A stretch of 63,998 nt of DNA, the filler included, from Hyphochytrium catenoides (lineage: Eukaryota > Protista > Hyphochytriomycota): NCBI GenBank assembly GCA_900088475.1. It is 7 parts of 7 records of this genome, joined end to end, with 100 filler letters (N's around TTAATTAATTAA, not from the genome) between each part and the next. Parts side by side here need not be neighbours in the genome. Positions count along the whole stretch, not along the records: positions 45,356 to 50,390 come from FLMG01004725.1; positions 50,491 to 60,383 come from FLMG01000918.1; positions 60,484 to 62,893 come from FLMG01004585.1; 4 more parts are not named here. One strand, 5' to 3'. Positions 48,821 to 62,804 of this stretch are shown here, piece after piece (the stretch's first letter is position 1; every line of letters begins with the position of its first letter). The position numbers and the translations under genes are program-made. The notes beneath the pieces are model-generated. The model did not search any database. It was not told where the DNA came from and saw only the letters and a list, made by a program, of their open reading frames with translations.

Positions 48821-49721
48821 ACATCTTTTCCTCTTCTCTCCTTTCTTACCTTCTCCTCGTACATCTTATTCCTCTCTCTCTCATTTGTCTCTCTTTTTCT
48901 CTTTCACATCAACACTCTCTCCTTTCCCTTCTCATGTCTCCTATTTCGGTCGGGTCTATTCTTCAACCCAGCTCTTCCTGCTGTTCCCATGGCGGCCACT
49001 CTTGTCTATTTGCTTAAGTGTTTTCTCCCTCTTCCTCTTCGCTCTTTCCTGTCTTCTTCTCTTCTGTCATCTCTTTCTCTCTCACTCCGTCTCTCTGTCT
49101 ATCTGTCTGTCTGTCTGTGTGTCTGTCTGTGTGTCTGTCTGTTTGTCTGTGTGTCTGTCTGTCTCTCTCTCTCTCTCTCTTCTTTTCTCTGTTTCCCTCT
49201 TGCCCCTCTCTCTTTCTGTCTCTGTCCCCCTCTCTCTCTGTCTCTCTCTCTCTCTCTTATCAACAGCTTCGGCGCGATCTTTCCCTTGAAAACTCTACCT
49301 CAGTGGCTGATGGACTGGTTCTGGTCAGAGCGGCGGTGCAGGGTTTGCGCAAGTATGAACTGAAGACCTTCATCAACGTAAAGGCTGTGCTCTCTCTCTC
49401 TCTTTCTCTTTCTTTCTTTCTCTCTCTCTCTCTCTCTCTTTCCTTGTCTCTGTCTGTTTCTGGCCCTCTCTCCGCTCGACCCAAATCAGTCATAATTGTC
49501 TCTCTCTCCCCCTCTCCCTGTCTTTCTGTCTCTCTCTCTTTTCTCTCTCCTTTTTCTCCTTTTCCGGGCTTCTGAACGTTCTCTCTCGATTTCGATCCTT
49601 CCTTGGGCTCTTCTCAGGAACTTTCGGCTCTGGCAGCTGCCTGCTCGGCCCTAGAGAGCCCTGAAGTCCAAGAGATGCTGACAGCGATGATAGTGGAAAT
49701 AATAGGTCAGCCAAATTACTC

Positions 49722-49757
<36 letters not shown>

Positions 49758-50324
49758 CGTCTCTCTCTCTCTCTCTTTCTCTCCGTCTCTTTCTCTCCGT
49801 CTCTCTCTCTCTTCTCTCTCTCTCTCTCTCTCTTACTTCTCAACGGCTTCCTCCGCCTCTGTCTTTGTGCATCTAGCACTCTCTCGCTCTGTTTCTCTCT
49901 CTCAGTCTCTCTTTCTTGACAACTAGTTGTATTTTCTCCTCTCCCCATTTATGGCTTTCTTTTTCGAGTCTGAATACACTCCCTGCTGTCAAGGCAGGGC
50001 CTCTTTCTCTTTCTCCCTTTCCTCTGTCTGACTCCCCTTCAAGTCTCCTTCTCTCCTTAACTTTTACGTCCCTCTCTTCCTCTCTGTTTCTGGCTTTCTG
50101 GTCTCAATTCCTGTTCTCTCTCTCTCTGTCCTTGTCCTTTCTTTCGCTATTCTCTCTCCCGTCTTATCAGTTCCTGACCGCTTTTGAAATGGACCTCTCT
50201 CCTTTTTCTTAGAGCGCGGTGGCGAGCTCTGTGTGGACGGAGAAGTGCTAGTGAACCTCCATCAGGCGTTATTGCAAGTGATGGGCTCCTCCTCCTCTCC
50301 TATTATATCCGATGCCGTAAGGAA

Positions 50325-50371
<47 letters not shown>

Positions 50372-51140
50372 CTCTCTCTCTTTGTCCCTCNNNNNNNNNN
50401 NNNNNNNNNNNNNNNNNNNNNNNNNNNNNNNNNNTTAATTAATTAANNNNNNNNNNNNNNNNNNNNNNNNNNNNNNNNNNNNNNNNNNNNGAGGTACGGA
50501 GGCTTTGCCGTGCTGCCTGCTCCTGCTGCAGAGATTTTGCCCAGCCAATCCTCAGAAACTCCCGTCACTTCTGTTCCGTAAGGAAGATCTCATGATTGAG
50601 TGGGTGTTGAGTTTGGAAACCAGGAACACAATGACGGACTTCAGAAACCCACACCTCTTTTTTGTCTGAAACGATGTGGCCGCCTTTCCTACAGGAGGTT
50701 TTGGAGATTGATGACGGTTCGTGGCAAGTCAAAAAAGAGTGAGAGAGAGAGACAAAGAGAGAGACACCTAGAGACAGAGCGACAGAGAGAGACAGAGAGC
50801 GACAGAGAGAGAGAGAGAGAGAGACAGAGACAGAGAGAGACAGAGAGTGAACAGAGAGACAGAGAGACAGAGAGAGACAGAGAGAGAGAGACACCGAGAG
50901 AGAGAGAGAGAGACACAGGCAAAGGTAGTTAAGAGACCAGGAAGGAAAGAGAGCGAAGAGAGAAGAGGTAAGAGAAAAGGCAGAGACGAGTAACCAAGAG
51001 GCCAAACGAGACAGATACGGCCAGAGAAACAGCGCTGACGCAGGCAACACAAAGGTTAGAGATCGCTACTACTGACTTAGTACAGCGCTTATCTCTCTCT
51101 CTCTCTCTCTCTCTCTTTTTCTCTCTCTCCCTCTCTCACT
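45356..51140. repeat. Second dense (CT)n/(GA)n microsatellite field (DNAAF5 introns and beyond)
   Basis: Directly visible, including (CTGT)n and (GAGACAGA)n variants. Confidence 0.95.
45623..50316 (+). CDS. DNAAF5: Dynein axonemal assembly factor 5 (HEATR2)-like HEAT-repeat protein, internal exons only
   Basis: Exons encode RPLLSLVSSDPVEKCRELAL, LKRVALDGVPLVRKEVVSLSSLWL...ILPLLLGGLADESEEIQ, RSASVLRVIILITGDRVQPFIENILA|TLSRTCRDEKAEVSAAV...VEPNVTLTIL and GLVLVRAAVQG, in the order I recall for HEATR2. Both ends lie at spacers. Confidence 0.75.
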
Positions 51141-51331
51141 CCCCGCAAAGACTTGAGCTTTCATGGGCTAAGCGGCAGGAGAAGCAGCCACTGGACACCA
51201 GCACTAGAGGACCTTAAGTAGGGTGTTAGCAGTACGCTGACCCGATCGCCAAAGAGCAGAAGGCGCAGGGCAGAACTAGGTTGAGCACATTTGGTGTGAG
51301 GCAGGACGAGCTAACGCTCGTGGCCCGAACC

Positions 51332-51850
51332 ATGAAGGCTCTATTGGCCTTTGTTCTCTCTGTCTCTCTCTTCCTTGTTGTCCAAGGGACTACTGTCTTT
51401 GGATCTCAAAGCCTGCAGCAAACAGAGAGGAAGAGCTACGAAGATCAGTTGCAGGATAGAGCGCAGAAACTCAGTGATAAGATTGGCCGCACGGCCACCT
51501 CGAGCAACAGAATGAGCAACGACATCCGCCAGTGCATTGATGCCGCTCTCACATCCTTCAATGAGCAGTATTTTCAGCTTAACGTCGCTCTAAGAGAGGG
51601 AGGAGCAGGACAAGAGCCATCAGAGGACACCAAGAAGAAGGTAGAAGGTATTCTAGCGACGATGGAAGGACTGGAGAAGAAGGCAAGAGACTGCAGAGGA
51701 GGCCAAACTCCTCCTCCTGCTCAGGACACTGGAGGGGCTTGGGACTCTGCAGGGAACCTAAGAGACCACCCAGGGATTCTCTCATTGTTGAAAGCGGCAA
51801 GACAAAGGAAGATGAGACAATTCCAAAGCGAGAGTGAGGAGGAGGAGTAG
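51332..51850 (+). CDS. Small secreted helical protein of unknown function (172 aa), intronless
   Basis: Signal peptide MKALLAFVLSVSLFLVVQG, an amphipathic helical body with two Cys, and an acidic ESEEEE terminus. The ORF is non-repetitive. Confidence 0.7.
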   Translation: MKALLAFVLSVSLFLVVQGTTVFGSQSLQQTERKSYEDQLQDRAQKLSDKIGRTATSSNRMSNDIRQCIDAALTSFNEQYFQLNVALREGGAGQEPSEDTKKKVEGILATMEGLEKKARDCRGGQTPPPAQDTGGAWDSAGNLRDHPGILSLLKAARQRKMRQFQSESEEEE

Positions 51851-52123
51851 CCAAAGGCATGCTAGACAGACTAACGACCTGGTAAGCTAGTTAAGAATGA
51901 AAGTAGCAGGCAGACGTCTCTCTCTTGCCTAGCGAATGAGCTGAGTGAGAAGGAGTGAGAAGATGAGGAAGGAAAAGTATGAAGCTAAACCTAATGACTC
52001 CATGTATTCCTGTGGTTCAAACACTAAGATCTAGAGCCTTTGGACTCTGCTCTTTGTCTAACTTGCCAAGGGCAAAACTCCTGTTTCCTCTTGCTTCCTA
52101 AAGGTTTCCTTCGTTCACTTTGC

Positions 52124-55100
52124 CTAACCAAAGATAATCGAGCTCTGGCCTACTCCCTCTCTTCCTCTGCGGCGAGGGGTATCCTTGACAGTCGATCCAG
52201 GAGGAAGAGAAGTGCCCGCAGCGGGCCTGGTTGGGGTGGGCTCTAAAGAAGACACGTGAGGGAGGAGAAGGCGACAAGAATGCAGTAGTAAGCAGGAGCC
52301 AAACGATAACCTAGATAAGGCACAACCCTTGGGAACATTGCGCGCGAGGACGAAAAGACAGCTCATCAGGGAAGGCCTCAGCTGCCTGACAAAGAGCCGT
52401 GGTCCAGCTATGGCGAAGCTGTTGTCACAGATAAGCTAAAAACAGCCTTACCCTGGACTTGGTCCTTCGTGGTGTCTACGGACCCAGCGAGCTCAATCTT
52501 GGCAACGCCGATACCTTGAGCGTTGAGATTGTGAGTCATAGCCTGAGACACAAAGGTCATAGAGAAGACATCAAGGGTGAGAGATGTAGTCGCCCTCTAT
52601 AGAATGACATGGAGAAAAAGCCGGAAAGGTATGGCCAGCTATGTCTGGGACGAAGAAGGGTTGAGGATCTCTTTTCTATCGCCCGAAGATCCTTTCCCTA
52701 TCCTTCCTATGCGTTCGTTCCATGTCGAGCCTTTCTAATTTGTCTACCTCTCTATCAGTCTTCCTGATATTGATATCGTCCTTTATCTCCTGCACTGACT
52801 GGGTGCCATCAGAGTGCGTCACAAGCACTCTTCTGCAAGTAGAATTCTCGCACCATCCCTCTCCGCCACTAATATGCCAAGCGTTGCGGATCATCAGCTC
52901 AAAATAGTCGTCAGAGTCAATAGACGCGCTAATGTTAGCATAGTAACTAGCGAACTCGTCCATTGAGACCTGTGATAAAAGAAAGAAAGGGAGAAGCAAT
53001 ACTCAGATTAGACGAAGGAGCTGAAGAAAGAGAGTAGAAAGGGCGAAGCAAATGGCGAAGAAAGAGGATGGTAATCCTTTTACGCATGACAATGAACGGC
53101 AGCTCGGAACTTGTGAATTGAGCGAAGTAGGAGAGAATAGTGAGCCCTTACGCTTCGACTTCTTGCTAATATAGAGGAAGAGAAGGGACACGGTGAAGAA
53201 TAAAAGGAGAGATGCTTGGAGAGGAAGAGAGACAGACAGACAGAGAGCGACACACGTGGAGATGGACTAGAAGAAACTCCACCTTGCCATCCTTCTCATT
53301 CGACCCATCAAGAAGATCTAAGAACTCTCTAAAGACTTGAGCTTGGGTCCTGGTCCCTGCCAAGACATCGGGATGCTGGCTGGCATCGTAGCGAGGCACA
53401 ATGTCCGCTACATCGAGGACCTGGAAAAATGTGATGGCAACCAGGGATAGAGGAAGAGAAGCGAGAGTGAGTTCACCAAAAGATAGAAATACAAGGAAGC
53501 AGAAAAATCAGAGAGATACACAGTGCAAATGGCCTAAGACCGCTAAGTGATATAGAGCAAGAGAGGGCATACTTGAAAGGAAGGTAAAAAGAGAAATAGA
53601 CTAAGATGAACTGAGACAGCCAGAAAACTGTGAGTTGGAAGAGCAAGCACACTGGGGAGACCTACCCCGCTCTTATCCACATCAATGACACCGAAAGCCA
53701 TCTCGACCAGCCTCCTGCGGCGCTCATTGAGATCACCCTGGTTGGCAGTGTGAGCGAGTGTGCGGATAAAACTTAAAGCTTTCCGATCTTCCAGCTCTTT
53801 CTTAGCTCATTCCGCCACGCATTCTCCTTTGTCTTTCTTCTCGAAGCAGCCTCCGCTTCTTTATCTCGCTATCTCTTTATCGCACTCCTTCCATATGTAC
53901 AGTCCTCGTCCCGCTTAGGCTGCCTTTAAGCGATCTCTTACCCGAAGGCCGAAAAGGAATTCATCATAGCTGATCGTCCCGGACTTGTCCTTATCGAAAT
54001 AGTTGAAGAGTCCTTGCACTTGCTGTCCACAAGGAAAAGTGAGGGAAGGAGATAGAGGGCAACGATATTAGCCTCCATAAGGAAAGACTCTTAAAAGAAA
54101 ACGCAGAGGTCGTCTTCGTCGCCTGATAGAGCTTCCGAGGCAGCGCACCATGAAAATAAACAAAGAAAGGGTGACAGACAGCAAGGAAGAGACTCGGACA
54201 ACGGCGCTATGTCCGGCCCTGTGGCGCGCTTACCGCGTCTGAGTACTTCAACATATGCTCCTTCGTGGCCTTCTTGAACTCCATGAGGTTAAGAGACTTG
54301 CTTCCGTCGTCATCCATGATCCTGAATTTCTTCGCCAGGCGGATAATCCCACTAACAGCCCCAAGCGCCAAGATCGAGGGGGCCAATCGGAAGAAGAACG
54401 AAGACAGAGTGATGATGACGGGCACTGGGTAAGTAGACTAGAGCTAGACCTAAAGCGTAAATAGATAGAAAGATAGACGCTGTGGAAGACAAAAAGTGGG
54501 CACGCTGAACAGATAGAGGAGCCATGGATATAATTAAGATGCTGAAAGAGCGTGACACACTAGCTAGCGGAAGAGAGACAGACATTGAAGAGGTTACGTA
54601 GAGTGACATGAGTCTTACCTCGCGCCGTGCTGCAGAAGTGATGCTTTGAGAGAGCTTAACAGCTCTTTAACAGAGGCAGGAGCGTTCTCCATTACGGAGG
54701 AAGTGGAGTGAGAGAGTGACGAAGAGGCACTGCTATCGATAGCTCTTGCGCTCTGCGTGTAGCTCTTCTTACTCATCCTCGCAAGTGAAACCGCGTTGGA
54801 CACCCATTCTTTGGCTAAGCCCGTGTTCAGCTTACTTCTTGCATCTCCTTCGCTGCTACCAGAAAGTAAACCGTAGATAATGGGGACAGGCGAGGCCACG
54901 CTGAGCTTCACTAACTCCTAGGGGCGGATACAATGGTTAGTGCTACACTCAGAAACGGATGCAGAGAAGCCCAGGTGGATAGGGGAACGCCTCTTAAAGT
55001 TATGGACCAGGAGCAGACAGCAGTTTAGAAGGAATGGAGGCAGAGAGCCCCACCTAGGCTTGTGTTCTCTCTATTCTCTCCATCTTCTTCCCTGTGCCTC

Positions 55101-56088
55101 TCTCATTTCCTCTTCTTTCCTGTCCTCATCTCTACCCTTTCCCTTCTCTCTCTCTCTCTCTCTCTCTCTCTTTAGTCCGACCCGTTGTCTATCTCCCTCA
55201 TCCTCTTCGTTAGCTCTCCTCAACAGATCAGACTTACCTTTGTCACCGTCTTGGCCATGACCTCTGCCAGCGGAGAGGAGGATGGAGAGATGAAGGTCCC
55301 AATGGCAATCACGCCGTCGGTGGCTCCTGCCTTAACGAGGTGGCTAGCTGCGCCAGGGAGGCCCGCCTCATCGAACACCTGACCAGAGACAAAGGCAACA
55401 AATTGGAGTGGAAAAGTAAGAGACAGAGAGAGAGAGCATATGAGAGAGAGGTCCAAGAGGGAAAACGGATAAAGTGGCCGAAAAGCAGCAGACTCGGAAA
55501 AGAGAGAGACTGAAGCCAAATGGCAGGGGGAAATCAGCAGACAGAGAGCGAGCCAGAGAAAGAGAGACAGAGAGAGAGAGAGGCAAACAGAGAGAGAACG
55601 TCCTGATTCCTCTCTTTCCTTACCTCCAGAATGTTGATACCTGCTGCGTTGGCTCCTAGAAGAGCCTTCGTCACTTGTTGAGTTGCCTCATTGGCTATCT
55701 CTGGCCAGGAAACAGCCTTCAGGACCGTGAAGCGAAGACCCAGAGCAGAAATAGAGGACGGGTTTCCTGTCGATGGAGCCTCAGAACCGCCCGAGGAGCT
55801 GATCATCGGACTGGCTGGGACGACCTCGGCCGCCCCCGAAGCGGCTGGGACGAGGGGAGGAGTCTGAGGAAGAGAAGAGGAAGGAGAGGAAGTGGAAGAG
55901 GTCGAGGGCGGAGCAGTGGAAGTGCGCCGAGGGTCAAACTTGCCCTTTCTGGGAGGCGTCTGGGGCACAGGCTCATTCTCTCCAAAAGAGATGCTGGAGC
56001 CTCCTCCCGGCGGCGCGTGCACGCGAGTGAAGGCGCGCGCAGTGCCGCTCATCTTCTGATTCATCGGAGTGCCGCCAGTGCTGGACAT
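52124..56088 (-). CDS. Fusion protein (581 aa): SPIRAL1-like PPGG motif, lumazine-synthase-like domain, calcyphosin-like four-EF-hand domain, C-terminal GQSSIIFG motif
   Basis: Ten phase-compatible GT-AG exons: 56088-55624, 55378-55238, 54917-54619, 54351-54234, 54022-53942, 53737-53666, 53420-53283, 52969-52748, 52542-52452, 52242-52124 (1746 nt). Calcyphosin motifs GASGIIRLAKKFRIMDDDGS, YDASQHPDV and ISASIDSDDYFELMIRNAW. Confidence 0.88.
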
Positions 56089-57281
56089 TGTGGCAAAGGC
56101 AGGTGGGGGAGAGGCAGAGAAAGAGAGAGAGGTAGGGAAATGGGCAGGGAAGAGAGAGAGGCGGCGGAGAGACGACGGGAATAGCCCTGACCAGCGCAGG
56201 GAAAGGGGGACTGTGACCTGAGGTCCTGAGATAAGGTTGCCTGTTGGTCTTGCACACTGCTGCTTAAGCAGGGAGGAGAAGAGGATGGAGATGATGAGAC
56301 ACAAGCAGTGCATGGAAAGGCAAGGACCAAAAGATCTCAACAGACCTACTGTCATGGATNGTTTCGTGAAATGTTTCAGCTGTATCTCATATATATATAT
56401 AGGAAACTTAATCTTGATTAATTGCAGTTATCCACTTTATGATCCGTTATTTTTGGAGGATCCGCTTGTCAACAAAAGCCTTGCTTTCTGTCGTAGTGGG
56501 AAAAATACTCTCTGTCTCTGTCGCTCTCTGTCTCTCTCTCTGTCTCTCTCTCTCTGTCTGGCTGTCTAGTCAGTCTCCTCTCTCTCTTTCTCTCTATCAA
56601 TTGGTGATAAGAGAAGTGAAAAGAGAGTCCTAGGTAGGCGGCAACAAGCTCAGAGCACTGGTGTCTCGGGCAGTAGAGGCGTCGTCACGCTTGCTTCGTG
56701 GTCTCACTTACCAGGAAGCTTCCTTTCCATTTTGCTCTTCGTCTCTGATCCTTGTCCTCTACGAGCTTTGTCCCTTCTCTCTCTCTCCTGTTTCCCTCGG
56801 CAATCTCTGCTCCCTGCACCTGCCCGACCATCGGTGAAACCTCTTGTGCCTTTGGTAGTTCTATGTTTCTCTTTCTCCCCCTCCCACCTGTTCTACCCCC
56901 CTGTCTATAGGAAGATTGGACTCAGTTGGCTTGAACTTTGAAAAATGGAGGGGAAGTAGGCAGGAGGACTGACGAATGAAAGACAGAGAGAGGAGAGAGA
57001 ATAAGACATCGGAAGAGAACAAGACATGGCAGAGGACTGGGACAGGGAAGAGAGGTTCTTAATGGGTGGAGGAGCGGTCGTCGATTCTTAGACATTTGAG
57101 AAGTATATTTACAAAGTTCTGTGCATGAAGTAAATAAATGAGCGGAAGGAAGGAGAAAGAAGAGGGAGGAAGTGCTATCTCCTGGCATGGGTTCTGCTCC
57201 TCTTGCTCCTGCGTGTCTCTCTCTCTCTTTGATCTCTCGTATGCCCCTCTCCTTCCTTTGCTCCTTTGGTCTCCCGGTTTC

Positions 57282-60383
<3,102 letters not shown>

Positions 60384-61170
60384 NNNNNNNNNNNNNNNNN
60401 NNNNNNNNNNNNNNNNNNNNNNNNNNNTTAATTAATTAANNNNNNNNNNNNNNNNNNNNNNNNNNNNNNNNNNNNNNNNNNNNTGCTCCTCTTATGGCTG
60501 GCCTGACCGTGCTATGGAGAGAACGACGACGTCATCGCAGAGAGCTCCAGAAAGATAGGACAAGAGATTCACAGAACAGCAGACGAAAGGACGGCTTCTC
60601 TAGCACAGTGCTCCGTATCTCGAACGTGGAAGATGAGAGGCTGCTGGCGGTGGAGGGCGATAGCTTTTTCAGGGAAAGAAGAGAGACAAAGGGAACGTGT
60701 CTAAGTTATCGAAGGTCGTTGCCTAGCGAATAGAAGACCACCACCTTACCAGCGACCTTCTGCTCTTGCAAGCAAGCACCTCCCTGTACTCTGCCTATAC
60801 GAAGGCCCACTTACTATTTATACAGAGAATAGGCTTCTCTAGCATTCGAAAGCTGTCGACTTTGCGCTCACTTCGGCATATAGTGCACATAAATAAAACA
60901 GTTCAACTATGGTGCCTTCAAGGCACTCACAATGTTGATGGCCTCTATGACTCTCGTGACTCCACCTTATCTCCAGAGTTCGCGCACGTGCATATGACCA
61001 AGCAACTGTATCTTTTCCTTCTGCGCTGGTACTCAACCTTCCTGGCTTTGTCTCTTCGGCTAAAAAGCAATACTTGAGAAGGGAAAGGACTGCATCTCAG
61101 AGGGGAACTGACTTGATCCCTTGCAGGGTTCCCAAACGGCAAGCTGATAAAGAGGACCTCTGATATAGGG

Positions 61171-61316
61171 GAGGAAGGCTACTAAAAGCAGGACCTCCCA
61201 CTCTCGATGTCCTGATCATCCAGAGTATGACTTCGGTAAATTACCCCGAGGAAGGCTACCAACAGCAGGACTCCCCACTCTTGATGGCCTGGTCATCCAG
61301 CCTATGATTTCAGTAG
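61171..61316. repeat. Degenerate tandem duplication, period about 77 bp, overlapping the Myb gene stop codon
   Basis: gaggaaggctactaaaagcaggacctcccactctcgatgtcctgatcatccagagtatgacttcggta (61171) vs gaggaaggctaccaacagcaggactccccactcttgatggcctggtcatccagcctatgatttcagta (61248). Confidence 0.85.
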
Positions 61317-62804
61317 AATATATCGAGTGGCGCACTGAAGCGCACTCCGTCCACGTAGCAAACCCTGGCTTCCGACTAAGTCCATCCTGAGGAAGTGTGA
61401 GTTTAGGCACGAACGAAAAGACCCCAGAGCAGAAAGCCCCTCCGCTTTAGAACCTCTTTTAATGCAGAAGAGGGTGTGGAGACGGCAGGAACGCCTTCCC
61501 CTATACTCCGTCAAGGAAAAGAAAGAAGATCAGTAGGGAGAAGCAGGTCTACACGACAAAGTAAGCTAGTTAAGTACGGAGCCATTAATAATCTAGCAAT
61601 CCCCTAGGCCATTGCATTCCTTACCACGTCTTTTCAGAAGGCCCACGTTGCTTCACGAAATCCAACAGTGCTTTGTCTTCTTCTGCTGTCCAGCCTCCCT
61701 CTACCGCCATGGTATTCGCACGCGCAACGTCATTCGAGTTTGCTGATTGTAGGGAAGACGCAGAGGAAGCTGATGGTTCAGGCGAACGATTAAGGACTGA
61801 AATGGCAGAGCCTTGGCCAGAACCACATGCGGTCTCTCCGCTTTGCTTTCCCGGCCACCTCCGTCTTGGCAGACGTCCAGCGTTGAGACGGGGAAGAGGG
61901 GGAGAATCAGCAGCTGCACACGGGGCTTCACCTTCCGTTTCAGTCTCTGAGTCTAGCAGCTCGTCCTGCAGGTATTACATGGAGAAATAACTTCATTATG
62001 AGCCCTAGAAGATGAAGCACATAATAATAATAGATCGGCTTGCAAATGGGTAGCCATAAAGGACGATGGAAGAGAAGCAGGTGGAGATCAAAGCGACAGC
62101 GTGATCTTGTCGCTAATATATAGTAAAGCATGTAGGCACTGGGATTAATTCTAAGGCTGGACCTATGCTGACCTTCTCAAACTCTTCTTCTGATCCACTG
62201 GACGAGGAGAGAGCTTCCAGCATCTCAGCCTGCTCCTCCTCCTCTACCTCCTCGTCAGCTTCTTCTTCCTCTTCGTCCCTGTTGCTTTGCCCAGCCTCTT
62301 CGCCTTCACTGTCGGAGTCAGAAGTGGAGCTGCCAGACGACGATGATAGTAGATCATCCTGCTCAAATGCGCTATCATCGTCATCCTCCAATTCAAGATC
62401 ATTCCCTAGTAGGATGGATGAACAGCCGGACAAAAGAGCAGCGCGGGGGTCAAATGCTTGGCAAAGGATATCGCGGTAGATGTGGCTCAGCAATAGCGAG
62501 ATGATATATAGAGGGTCGAAGCGCGTGTAGGTAACTTGGCCAATCAAAAGCTGCACTTAGACCCTTCCACTACGCGACGAGCCTTATTGGCTAGAATGCA
62601 AACCATCAGGTAGGCAAAGCCTTTAGAATTCATCTCACCGCCCATGAAGAAAGATGTGATAGTCTCTCCATAACCCGTTGGTCTTTGGATACGCAGGCCG
62701 GTTGGACTTCTACCCTCTTCTTCGTCCGCGTCCTCCCCTTCTTCTTCCTCATCATTGGTGGTAGTACTTCTGATACCGATGTTGGCCCATTTCTGCTCCA
62801 CCAA
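61302..62804 (-). CDS. Acidic low-complexity protein with a single C-terminal Myb/SANT domain, 5' end missing
   Basis: Exons ending at 62173, 61965-61625 and 61386-61302 splice in phase to GGWTAEEDKALLDFVKQRGPSEKTW|MDLVGSQGLLRGRSALQCATRYILLKS*. Upstream are Asp/Glu/Ser-rich tracts; exon structure above ~62540 is uncertain. Confidence 0.78.

Noticed and set aside
101-56088. Ciliary gene cluster (CFAP43, DNAAF5, calcyphosin fusion)
   Set aside because: The genes lie on different segments separated by artificial spacers, so linkage is not established.
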